32,000 nucleotides of DNA from assembly GCF_021378375.1 (NCBI RefSeq), contig NZ_CP076228.1, positions 930,001 to 962,000 of the forward strand. The letters are read 5' to 3'. The position numbers and the translations under genes were made by a program. This DNA comes from Wolbachia endosymbiont of Drosophila innubila. Its GTDB lineage: Bacteria > Pseudomonadota > Alphaproteobacteria > Rickettsiales > Anaplasmataceae. Below are positions 21,494 through 30,459 of this stretch, in pieces (the stretch's first letter is position 1; the number at the start of each line of letters is the position of its first letter). The notes below the pieces were generated by a model, which did no database searches, had not been told where the DNA came from, and saw nothing but the letters and a program-made list of their open reading frames with translations.

Positions 21494-22237
21494 CTAATCC
21501 CTATTGTTGAACAAGTTAAGTAACCTGAGTAGATTGAGAAATATATTAATAAAGTCAAAATAAAGATTAGTTGCACCGAGTATTGCCAATTTAGTAGTAG
21601 CAACTTCTGATCCGTCATTATGTTTATAATAAACGTCCTTGATTCTTTGAGCATCATACGCAGTCATTAAGGTAAAGACTATTACTGATATGAACGATAT
21701 TGCAAAGTGGAGAGGACTACTTCCAAGAAATAAATTTACTATAGACGCAATGATTAACCCCCAAACTCCCATAATCAAGAAAGAGCCCATACTTGTAAGA
21801 TCTCTTTTTGTAGTATTGCCATATAAAGCCATAGAGCCAAACATGATTGATGTAATGAAAAACGCCCTTGCTATATTTTCTGCAGTATAAACTATAAAAA
21901 CATAAGATAAGGAAAGCCCCATTAACACTGAGAACGAGAAAAATATAGTAACGGCAGACTGAGCACTTAGGTGTTGAATTCTATAAGACATGTAGAACAC
22001 CAATGCAACCGGAGATAACATTACCACAAGCGATAGAACGGGATTAGAATAAATTGCTTGAAAAAGACCAGAAAATACTGTTAAAAATGCAACAAGCCCT
22101 GTGACGCCCAAAGCTAAAGCCATGTAATTATATACTTTAGTTAGGTAACTTCTAAGCCCAGCACTATAATAAACGCCTTGAGAGCGAATATCCTGTTCAT
22201 TTCTCATATAAGACATAATATAACTCCTTTTATCCAT
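21494..22237 (-). CDS. Bax inhibitor-1/YccA family membrane protein
   Basis: GLRSYLTKVYNYMALALGVTG, ALYGNTTKRDLTSMGSFLIMGVWGLI, TAYDAQRIK, GATNLYFDFINIFLNLLRLL; directly abuts ctaG. Confidence 0.93.
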   Translation of the reverse strand: MDKRSYIMSYMRNEQDIRSQGVYYSAGLRSYLTKVYNYMALALGVTGLVAFLTVFSGLFQAIYSNPVLSLVVMLSPVALVFYMSYRIQHLSAQSAVTIFFSFSVLMGLSLSYVFIVYTAENIARAFFITSIMFGSMALYGNTTKRDLTSMGSFLIMGVWGLIIASIVNLFLGSSPLHFAISFISVIVFTLMTAYDAQRIKDVYYKHNDGSEVATTKLAILGATNLYFDFINIFLNLLRLLNLFNNRD

Positions 22238-22295
22238 TACTTAACACATTATAATATAAAACCATATTTTTATCAAGTGTTTTTATTATAAACAG

Positions 22296-23060
22296 CTATG
22301 CGCTGGCATTTGTTTTAATATAAATAGAATATAGGCCTATTGCTGCTGCGTTTGAAACATTTAAACTGTTAATTGCATTTGACATTGGGATTTTTAAAAG
22401 ATAATCACAATTTTCTTTAACTAACCTCCGCATTCCTTTCTCTTCAGAACCAAAAATAATTACTCTTTTTTTCTCAAAACTCTTTATTTCATCTATATTT
22501 TCTTTAGCATTGCAATCAAACCCGTAACACCAGTAGCCGACCTTTTTTAAATACTGCATAGTTTTTACTATATTTGTAACGTATATTAGCGGAACAATAT
22601 CTAAAGCCCCACTTGCTGCTTTTGCAATAGATGCATTTTCACTCGGTGAATGGTTATGTGGTAAAACCAATGCGTCGACATTAAAACAAGCTGAAGTTCT
22701 TAAAATTGATCCAATATTGTGCGTGTCAGTGACTTGATCTAAAATGACTATAGTAGAACTGTCGTTTGAGCTTTCAGCTACTTCTTCGATGCTTAAGTTA
22801 TAAAGAATAGGGGCAACATTTAAAGCAATTCCTTGATGGTTAGCACCTTTGGGTAAAACGTCATTAAGTATTTTGTTTTCTACTAATCGAACTTTAATAC
22901 CCTTACTATTTGCATATTGCTTAATTTCTTTTTCGTGTTCTCTATAGAAATTTTCTGTTACTAACAGTTCTATACACCGCCTATTTTTATTCTTCAGTGC
23001 TGACATGCAGGTGTGCTTTCCATACAGCCAAAAATTCTCATTAGTTTTTGACGATTTCAT
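22296..23060 (-). CDS. rlmB: 23S rRNA (guanosine-2'-O-)-methyltransferase RlmB / SpoU-TrmH family
   Basis: WLYGKHTCMSALKN, PKGANHQGIAL, LDQVTDTHNIGSILRTSACFNVDALVLP, VIIFGSEEKGMRRLVKENCDYLLKIPM, SLNVSNAAAIGLY. Confidence 0.93.
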   Translation of the reverse strand: MKSSKTNENFWLYGKHTCMSALKNKNRRCIELLVTENFYREHEKEIKQYANSKGIKVRLVENKILNDVLPKGANHQGIALNVAPILYNLSIEEVAESSNDSSTIVILDQVTDTHNIGSILRTSACFNVDALVLPHNHSPSENASIAKAASGALDIVPLIYVTNIVKTMQYLKKVGYWCYGFDCNAKENIDEIKSFEKKRVIIFGSEEKGMRRLVKENCDYLLKIPMSNAINSLNVSNAAAIGLYSIYIKTNASA

Positions 23061-23110
23061 CGTATTATTGAAAATCGGGTTTTTATAGAATAAGCAACAT
23101 TTTACTATGT

Positions 23111-23653
23111 TTGAATATTGTTGTAAAATTATACAATTCGATTAATGCGTTTATGTCGGACGATGAGTTGGATTGGCAAAAAAATGTTAAGCCAATAAAA
23201 TGTGGAAAAGTTACTTTGAAAGTTGATCATAAAGTAAATATAAAGTCTATGGTTGATAAAGGTACCTCCGACTTACAAGGGAATTTTCTTAATACCAATA
23301 ATAGTAACTCATCATTTTGTCTTGACCAAAACACAAAATCAAAAGTTGATAGGGGTAAATATTTTATAAGCGATAAGCTCGATTTGCATGGCTATAATAT
23401 AGAGGATGCTTACTGTAAATTGATAGATTTTATTATCAAAAATTATCGAGCAGGAAATAGATGTTTATTGGTAATTACGGGATACGGCAGTGCAACAAAC
23501 AAAACAGACACTATAAAGAGTAACTTAAATAAATGGTTAAATGACACTAAAATCCAGCATATGGTTCTATACTACCAACAAGCTACGAAAAAACATGGTG
23601 GTAAAGGGGCTTTTTATGTTTTATTAAGAAGGAATAAAAACCTTGAGTCCTGA
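23111..23653 (+). CDS. Smr domain-containing protein
   Basis: KLDLHGYNIEDAYCKLIDFI...CLLVITGYGSAT...LKSNLNKWL...VLYYQQATKKHGGKGAFYVLLRR: LDLHG and GGxGAFYV Smr motifs. Confidence 0.88.
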   Translation: MNIVVKLYNSINAFMSDDELDWQKNVKPIKCGKVTLKVDHKVNIKSMVDKGTSDLQGNFLNTNNSNSSFCLDQNTKSKVDRGKYFISDKLDLHGYNIEDAYCKLIDFIIKNYRAGNRCLLVITGYGSATNKTDTIKSNLNKWLNDTKIQHMVLYYQQATKKHGGKGAFYVLLRRNKNLES

Positions 23654-23784
23654 TACTTAAAATTCCTTTTAAGCCTTAATTTTTCTTGTATAACCATACA
23701 GTGTTCGGCAGCGCGTGACGCACAACTGTGCGAACATTGTGATTTGGGTCTCCCAGGAAGGATGTCTCCCAGTACCTCTTTTCC

Positions 23785-23922
23785 CGTCATCCCGCTACGT
23801 GTTAGCGGGATCTCATTTCACTTTATGAGGGTGTCATCCGAGTAGCCCCTTTCTCGTCATCCCGCTACGTGTTAGCGGGATCTCATTTCACTTTATGAGG
23901 GTGTCATCCGAATAGCTTGACT
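23785..23922. repeat. Two-copy 70-bp tandem repeat containing a CCCGCTA...TAGCGGG palindrome
   Basis: cgtcatcccgctacgtgttagcgggatctcatttcactttatgagggtgtcatccga at 23785 repeated at 23855; related palindromes around 7196, 19669 and 24002. Confidence 0.9.
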
Positions 23923-24145
23923 ACTTGGATCCAGATTGGATACTGAGTTGGTGAGTATAAAAGTATAGCTTCTACGTCATACCGCCGCGGTATCTCAGCC
24001 GCTAACAAATAGCGGGGTGACGAGTTACTATACCGCTGCGAACCGTCATACCGCGATTTATTCCATAGCTGTACGAACATTCATTTTTGAAGGTAAACTG
24101 CACAGCAAATGGTGTCATTCCAGTGCTTGACACTGGAATCCAGCC

Positions 24146-24472
24146 GGCTTTGTTGCATCGCTAGCTATGATGGATTAAAGATAAAAAAGGCGGAGAATAT
24201 CAGTAGCTTATTATTCTGGTATGTATAACAAGAACGGTCAGTGAATACCTAAATTTGAGTAAAAGAAATTTCACTACCACTCACTAATCCGGCTAAAATT
24301 CAAGAATTTCAATGCTTTAGCTATTTTCAATAGAATTAAATTTATTAATATAAATAACAAGTTACTATTCTTAAATTTGATCAGATTGATTGCAAAAAAA
24401 ACAAGATTTTCAATAAGTTGCTTATAATCCTAATTATAGTTAGCCTTTCATAAGTAGCGATGCAACAAAGCC
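24146..24472. mobile_element. MITE-like non-coding element with IS903-like terminal inverted repeats
   Basis: 18-bp perfect TIR GGCTTTGTTGCATCGCTA ... TAGCGATGCAACAAAGCC, 327 bp, no ORF; outermost 14 bp identical to the ends of IS copy B. Confidence 0.8.
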
Positions 24473-24535
24473 ATTCCAGCGTCACGCGCTGCCATGTGAT
24501 ATACAATTTCCTTCGAATTACAACGTACGTGCGCT

Positions 24536-25570
24536 CTATATGCACTTGATTGACAAATGCTCTCTTATCAAAATCTCAAGAATCTGCACTATATTTAATG
24601 CTGCGCCTTTGCGCAGGTTGTCAGCCACTATCCACATATTTAATCCGTGCTCAACAGTATTGTCTCTTCTAATACGCGATACATATACAGCATTCTCCTG
24701 TACAACATCAATTTGAGTTATGTATTCACTATCTTCACGCCTGTTGTACACTAAAACTCCACTATCTTCGGCTTCACTTAGCACTTCACGAGCTTGTTCT
24801 TCAGTGATATGTTGATCAAATTCCACATTTACTGCCATAGCGTGACCGATAAAGACGGGTACCCTTACACAAGTTGCAGTAACTTTTATATCTTCCTCTA
24901 AAATTTTTTTTGTCTCCTCTTGCATTTTCCATTCCTCTTCTGTAGAGCCATTTTCCATGAATTCTCCTACATGGGGAATGCAATTGAATGCTATTTGCTT
25001 AGAGAATATCTTGGGTTTTTTAGCTTCGTTCATAAAGATTTTTTTTGTCTGGTCATAGAGCTCATCCATTGCTGCTTTGCCTGCACCAGAAGTTGATTGA
25101 TAAGTTGAAGCAACGATTCTCTTTATTTTTGCTTTTTGGTGTAATAGATGTAGTACTAGCAGCATCTGTATTGTAGTACAGTTTGGATTGGATATTATGT
25201 TGTGGTTTTTATATTCCATAATTTTTTCTTTATTAATCTCTGGAATAATGAGTGGCACACCCTCTTTCATTCTAAAATGGGAACTGTTATCTATCACGAC
25301 GCATCCAGCCTGTGTTGCAATTGGTACATACTCTTCAGAAACATGAGATCCAGCACAGAAAATGGCTACATTAGTTCCAACGAAGTCATAATCCTCAAGG
25401 CATAAAACTGTTAACTCTTTGTCACCAAAGCTCACCTTCTTCCCTTCTGATTTTTTCGATGCAAGTGCAATAACGCAATCTATCGCCTCATCTTGAAATT
25501 CAGCAAGCGTGCTTAATACCTCACGCCCTACTCTTCCGGTTGCTCCAATAACAGCAATTTTGTATCTCAT
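24536..25570 (-). CDS. asd: Aspartate-semialdehyde dehydrogenase
   Basis: IAVIGATGRVGREVLSTL, NIISNPNCTTIQMLL, STYQSTSGAGKAAMDEL, RVPVFIGHAMAVNVEF. Confidence 0.96.
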   Translation of the reverse strand: MRYKIAVIGATGRVGREVLSTLAEFQDEAIDCVIALASKKSEGKKVSFGDKELTVLCLEDYDFVGTNVAIFCAGSHVSEEYVPIATQAGCVVIDNSSHFRMKEGVPLIIPEINKEKIMEYKNHNIISNPNCTTIQMLLVLHLLHQKAKIKRIVASTYQSTSGAGKAAMDELYDQTKKIFMNEAKKPKIFSKQIAFNCIPHVGEFMENGSTEEEWKMQEETKKILEEDIKVTATCVRVPVFIGHAMAVNVEFDQHITEEQAREVLSEAEDSGVLVYNRREDSEYITQIDVVQENAVYVSRIRRDNTVEHGLNMWIVADNLRKGAALNIVQILEILIREHLSIKCI

Positions 25571-25698
25571 ATAGATGAACCTCTAATTTTAAAGTTCTAT
25601 TATATTTTTACTGACAAAATTTACAATTGTTTTAATATTTTTACCTTGCAATTAATTGTAATTTAGCTATTATTATGCAATATTAGTAATATTACATA

Positions 25699-26163
25699 AT
25701 GAAATGGAAGATGAGTAAGGAATACGATGAAACTAAGGTTAAACCTGCAATGTCTACACCTCAAGGGCCTGAAGGAACCAATGGATCAAAGGCCCAAAGT
25801 GTTCTTTCGAATAAAAGAAAGCCTACAATAAATTTTGATGATAAAAAGTATGGTGTAAAAACCTCTAAAATAGACCAACAGTCTCTAAACAAAAGACAAG
25901 AATCTTCAAAGCTAAGAGATCCCTTAAGGTCAATACCAATAATAAGGAGATTTTTAGCAAGGATTTTCACACCTGAAAAAATAGAAATCATCAGTAACCC
26001 TATATATGACAACATGGAAGCATATAAAAAATCGCAGGAAGATTACCCTAGTAAGATAAAAGATGAAACTAGTATAGATGATGAACACACAAAAGAAGTA
26101 GATAGTAAACTTGAGAAGGGTAATGTTGAACAAGTGGACAACAAGAAAAGTCGTAGTTCATAA
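25699..26163 (+). CDS. Hypothetical protein, charged/low complexity
   Basis: 154-aa ORF with no longer competing ORF; alternative start at 25711 (MSKEYDETKV). No recognised domain. Confidence 0.55.
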   Translation: MKWKMSKEYDETKVKPAMSTPQGPEGTNGSKAQSVLSNKRKPTINFDDKKYGVKTSKIDQQSLNKRQESSKLRDPLRSIPIIRRFLARIFTPEKIEIISNPIYDNMEAYKKSQEDYPSKIKDETSIDDEHTKEVDSKLEKGNVEQVDNKKSRSS

Positions 26164-26297
26164 ATATCAATCATTTAAAAATTATCTCTAGTTATAACAT
26201 TGTATCTGTTCAGATGCATGGCTCATGTACAAATATTGAAACAAAAATTCCAGTGCTCCTTTCTCGTCATCCCAGTGCGTGACACTTGTATCTTTAT

Positions 26298-26460
26298 GAT
26301 GTGAGGCATTAGAGCTAAAATACCTCACAGGGAGGGTGAAGCTGATGCGACACTAATGCCATTAAGCCAGATTTTGCTTCCCTCCCATAGAGTTAAAGAC
26401 TGAACAGTATCTTTTGGAATTATATCCCGTATTACAAGGTTAGTCTAAACTCTCAGTTTA
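26298..26460 (+). ncRNA. Candidate IS110 bridge RNA (5' stem-loop, target-binding loop, donor-binding loop)
   Basis: Hairpin 1 TGTGAGG/CCTCACA (26300-26306/26323-26329). Stem 2 GGGAGGGtGAAGC/GCTTCCCTCCC (26330-26342/26376-26386). Stem 3 AGAGTTaaAGACT/AGTCTaAACTCT (26389-26401/26442-26453). Loop 2 contains GACACT and CCAG; loop 3 contains ACAGTATCT and TACAAG, matching host flank and element ends respectively. Confidence 0.75.
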
Positions 26461-26483
26461 TTTATAGTCTTGGAGGCAATTTT

Positions 26484-27444
26484 ATGCAAGTAAATGCTAT
26501 TTTGGGTGTGGATATTTCAAAAAAGAAATTTGATGTTTGTTTGTTAGTGGACAGTAAAAAACGACACAAAGTCTTTCAAAATAATCAAGATGGTTTTGCA
26601 AAACTTGTAGTTTGGTGCAATGGCCATGGAGCAAATCTTACTCATTTATGTCTTGAAGCAACTAGTTGGTATGGAGAAGATTTGGCTACTTTTATGCACG
26701 ATTTAGGACATAATGTCAGTATAGTAAACCCAGAAAGCTTTTGGCAAAAGTGAGCTGCTCAGAAATAAGACAGATAAATCAGATGCAGCTATGATAGCTA
26801 GATTTTGTATCGCCAACAAACCTGCTCTTTGGAAGCCCATTGCACCTGAAATGAGGCATTTGAGGGAGCTTTACCGTTGCATGCAATCGCTAAAAGATGA
26901 TAAGGTGCAACAGACAAATCGCTTGGAAAACAAAAATATGCATTCCAGTTGCAAAGAAGCTATATCTAAAGTAATTTTGGCAATAGAGGAGCAAATTATT
27001 GTTCTCGAAAAAGAAATTAATGAGCATATAAATAACTATCCACATCTAAAAAATATGGTGGAAAACCTTAAGACTATAAAAGGTATAGGATATCTTACTG
27101 CTGTTGCTGTTGTCGCAGAAATGCCATCAGTTGATAACTTTGACAATGCTAAACAATTTACAGCTTTTGCTGGTCTAAATCCAGGACATTATCAATCGGG
27201 ATCGTCAGTAAGTAAGAGAAGTTGCATATGCAAAATAGGATCTGAGCGTATTCGAAAAGCTCTTTACATGCCAGCTATAGTAGTCAAAAACCATAATAAT
27301 CATTTTCAAAAATTTTGTCAGCGTCTAGCAAGTAAAGGCAAATGTCCAAAAGTCATAGTTCTTGCGTTAATGCGAAAATTAATGCATGTCTTTTTTGGTA
27401 TTCTTAAAAATAATCAACCATTTAATTGTAATTTTGTTGAATAA
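26484..27444 (+). pseudogene. IS110-family recombinase, single frameshift
   Basis: ORFs 26484-26753 and 26791-27444 are in different frames. Removing one T from the T4 run at 26739-26742 gives continuous ...NPESFGKSELLRNKTDKSDAAMIARFC.... Confidence 0.85.
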
Positions 27445-27657
27445 TTTGTTTGACAGCAGAGACAGTATCTGGGATCCAGATTGGGCACTAAGTTGGTAAA
27501 CACGAAAGCGATTAATCCTTTACAACGTTTTTGATGGAACTGCGCGAAAGAACTGGATGCCAGTGTCACGCACTGGCATGACACCCATTTCTTCCTATAG
27601 TTGTCTTTTCTCGTCTACCTTATTTTGCCACTCTGCTGAACAGATACATAACATTTG

Positions 27658-28932
27658 CTATACAGAAACTCTGCGATACCAAAATAAATAAAGAGGTACG
27701 CCACTTGCAGTGAATAAGCTTGCGATCAGCAAGGTATTCACAGAAGTTTCAAATATTACCCAGCAGCAAAAGGTTGTTGCTATACTGCCAATTAAAAATT
27801 TGTAACAACTCTTTTCTTGCACAATAACTTTGAGAAAAGCAAGACTGCATGCAAGGTAAACAAATAAAAATGAAACTACAGAAAAGTCGATAATTGATGT
27901 GATCTGCTTAGCAAAATTGTTGCTTGAAGTGAGGATTAGTAAAGTTGCAGTTCCAACTGAGCTAGTTGTTATGCCCCAGAAAGGAGAACCGTGCTTGTTT
28001 CTTTGAGCAAAAAACTGTGGCATCAGTTTATCTTTTGCAAGGCCAAGGGCCACTTGTCCACTAGCTAGTACCCAAGCGTTTAAAGTACCAACACAAAAAA
28101 TGAACGCAGTTATAGAAATAATCAAGTGCCAATTGCCAGAGGCCATAATTTTTATTGCGTCAACATATGGTGCTCTTGAACTTGCTAAATCATTGCCATT
28201 TATTAATCCCATAATTGCAAGATTGTTGATAAAATACACAACAGCAACAGAGATTGTTCCAAGTACCACAGCTCTTGGTATTGTTCTAGCTGGATTATCA
28301 ACTGACCCTGCAGGTGCTGTTGCCAATTCAACTCCAATAAAACCCCATAGAGTAATAAGTGTAGAACGGGCAAGAATCTGCGATGTTGTAAGATTTGATA
28401 TTTCTTCACTTATGATGAAGTTATTTCTATCAAAAAAAAACAATGCTGCTATAGGTATTACAAGCAATACAGAAATTTTTATCACCGTCAATAAAAACTC
28501 AACACGTCCAGCAGTAGCTACTCCTCTAAAATTTATTAGTGTAATAATTGTAAGTAATAACATCTCTAAAAACAGATGTACGTTTTGAATATCTTCATGG
28601 AAAAATGGTGTAAGATAACCAACACCCACAACTATTACGGCTGTTGTGCTAACCCATGAGCTCACCCAATACGTCCAACCAACAAAAAAAGCTGCAGCAG
28701 GGCCAAAAGCATGCTTTACATAGACGTGAGGGCCACCCGTTTCCGGAAATTTTGCGCAGAGTGAGGCAAAAACTAAAGCAAGAGATATAGCACCAAGCCC
28801 TGATATTATCCAGCTTATAAGGCTATACATGCCATATGGAGCAAGGCTAATTGGAAGCATAAAAATTCCAGAGCCAATTTGGCTGCTAATCACTAAGGCA
28901 AAAATAGCCCAAAAACCTATTTTATTTGACAC
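27658..28932 (-). CDS. APC-superfamily amino acid permease
   Basis: FALVISSQIGSGIFMLPISLAPYG, ETGGPHVYVKHAFGPAAAFFVGWTYWVSSW, LWGFIGVELATAPAGSVDNPARTIPRAVVLGT; multiple TM segments. Confidence 0.9.
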   Translation of the reverse strand: MSNKIGFWAIFALVISSQIGSGIFMLPISLAPYGMYSLISWIISGLGAISLALVFASLCAKFPETGGPHVYVKHAFGPAAAFFVGWTYWVSSWVSTTAVIVVGVGYLTPFFHEDIQNVHLFLEMLLLTIITLINFRGVATAGRVEFLLTVIKISVLLVIPIAALFFFDRNNFIISEEISNLTTSQILARSTLITLWGFIGVELATAPAGSVDNPARTIPRAVVLGTISVAVVYFINNLAIMGLINGNDLASSRAPYVDAIKIMASGNWHLIISITAFIFCVGTLNAWVLASGQVALGLAKDKLMPQFFAQRNKHGSPFWGITTSSVGTATLLILTSSNNFAKQITSIIDFSVVSFLFVYLACSLAFLKVIVQEKSCYKFLIGSIATTFCCWVIFETSVNTLLIASLFTASGVPLYLFWYRRVSV

Positions 28933-29067
28933 AATAATTCTTATCTAAATAGATTAACAATATACCCTAAACTCAGAAATTTCAATTGATCTTTTAACAT
29001 AAAAACTTGCATTTTTTTCAATTTATTCCTAAAATAGATTATATTAACAGATTATTAAGAGGGGGTT

Positions 29068-30459
29068 ATGAATCCGAGATTAAAAGCATTTTTGGTTGTT
29101 TGTAGTATTATTGCATTTTTGATTGCACTTTTGTTTCTCGTGTATTATTTAAATCTTCTTGTTAACTATATCCTTGACTCGATTCTAGTTCGTCCCTTTG
29201 AAAGATTATACAAAAACTTAATTGTTGATGGTCTTTATGCCTATTTATCTACAAGCACTTCTAGCCCTGCACTAGCATTTTTGGCTACAGGTTTTATTGT
29301 TATTGCTGCGTTTATTTGCCTGAATAAAATGCTTCTTCCCTTGCAAGAGAAGATCATAAACAACTATACCTCCTTTAAAAACAACAATATTGATAGCAAT
29401 AGCATGTTGTTTGAGGTTTATAAAGATCCAACAATAAAATTAAAGGACAAAATCTTATTCTTCAGTATACACTTGATATATTACCTACAGCTTCCATTTT
29501 TGTATATTGCATCAAAGGTATCAGCTCTACGTGGGTTTCTTATATTTAATTTTGGTTTATTATTGTTAAATTATGCACTGCTAATTCCAGTAGCACTTCT
29601 TGAGTTAATAAAATATCCATCAGTAAAACTCTTTTCACCTTTGGGTTTGAATGTAAAGCAGCTAAGCTTTTTGTTTAATGTAAGTGATGTGGGTACTAGT
29701 AGTCAGAGCGTTCATACTAGAAGTTTTCAGCAAAGCGTTATTGAATGTGCCAAAAAATTAAAGGAAGAACATGGTACGCCGTTAAATGAGTTGGATGAAG
29801 AGTTTAAAAGTTATATAAGCGGTTTAACAAGTCAGCAAAAACGAATGATAGAACCTTATCTAAGATTGGATGGTTATGAAACTGGGGAGTGGGTAAATTG
29901 GGCAGATTCACAAACCGGATTGACATTGACACAGGCTATAAATTTAGTTTTAATTGCGGCAAGAAAGCAAAATGCAGATATAGAATTATTGAAGTCTATA
30001 TTACTGGTTCGCTTTGAGGAAAGTAATCGCCAATGTGGTCCTGGAATGCTCAACCGTATCATTTATGCATTAAGTGGTCTTAAAGCGGAAAATAATTTTG
30101 CAGCTCAACTAGAGCCTCAGCCAATAGGAAAGTTGGCTAGTGATGCTACTAAAAGATTTCTTGAGAAATATGTGGATAAGCACTACCATAAAATAAAAGT
30201 TTTGAAAGAAAATTTTGATAATTTGTATTCACCAAGTTCTGGGGTGGATTTGAGCAGCGTGAGTGATGAAGTAAAGGATGGCATTTCTTATACAAGAGAT
30301 GCTATAAAAGAATTTGTGTTTAAGGAATTATATGTAAAGTTTTATAACGACTATGGAGAACATATTCGGAGAGGGCAAATAAAACAAAGGCTAAGAGAAT
30401 TAATAACAGATGAAGTCATAGATGCAGCAATATCTTATAAGAGGTTGTTCGGAAACTAG
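29068..30459 (+). CDS. Hypothetical membrane protein; last codons derive from the adjacent IS end
   Basis: 463-aa ORF with N-terminal TM segments (FLVVCSIIAFLIALLFLVYYL) and no competing ORF. C-terminal ...RLFGN* is read from the IS terminus GAGGTTGTTCGGAAACTAG. Confidence 0.75.
   Translation: MNPRLKAFLVVCSIIAFLIALLFLVYYLNLLVNYILDSILVRPFERLYKNLIVDGLYAYLSTSTSSPALAFLATGFIVIAAFICLNKMLLPLQEKIINNYTSFKNNNIDSNSMLFEVYKDPTIKLKDKILFFSIHLIYYLQLPFLYIASKVSALRGFLIFNFGLLLLNYALLIPVALLELIKYPSVKLFSPLGLNVKQLSFLFNVSDVGTSSQSVHTRSFQQSVIECAKKLKEEHGTPLNELDEEFKSYISGLTSQQKRMIEPYLRLDGYETGEWVNWADSQTGLTLTQAINLVLIAARKQNADIELLKSILLVRFEESNRQCGPGMLNRIIYALSGLKAENNFAAQLEPQPIGKLASDATKRFLEKYVDKHYHKIKVLKENFDNLYSPSSGVDLSSVSDEVKDGISYTRDAIKEFVFKELYVKFYNDYGEHIRRGQIKQRLRELITDEVIDAAISYKRLFGN

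Larger units (their letters stand above)
26285..27470 (+). mobile_element. IS110-family insertion sequence
   Basis: Recombinase sequence (ILGVDISKKKFDVCLL, KTDKSDAAMIARFC, LKTIKGIGYLTAVAVVAEMP, FTAFAGLNPGHYQSGSSVSKRS, RIRKALYMPAIV). No TIRs. Boundaries inferred from interruption of a recurring intergenic sequence: ...gcgtgacaCT | element | CTgggatccag.... About 1.18 kb, typical for the family. Confidence 0.82.

Noticed and set aside
23785-23922. CRISPR-like array
   Set aside because: Only two tandem units of a long 70-bp repeat without spacers, and no cas genes; it is a duplicated palindromic intergenic repeat.
28100-28588. 162-aa plus-strand ORF
   Set aside because: Fully antisense to the amino-acid permease gene, whose sequence is strongly conserved.
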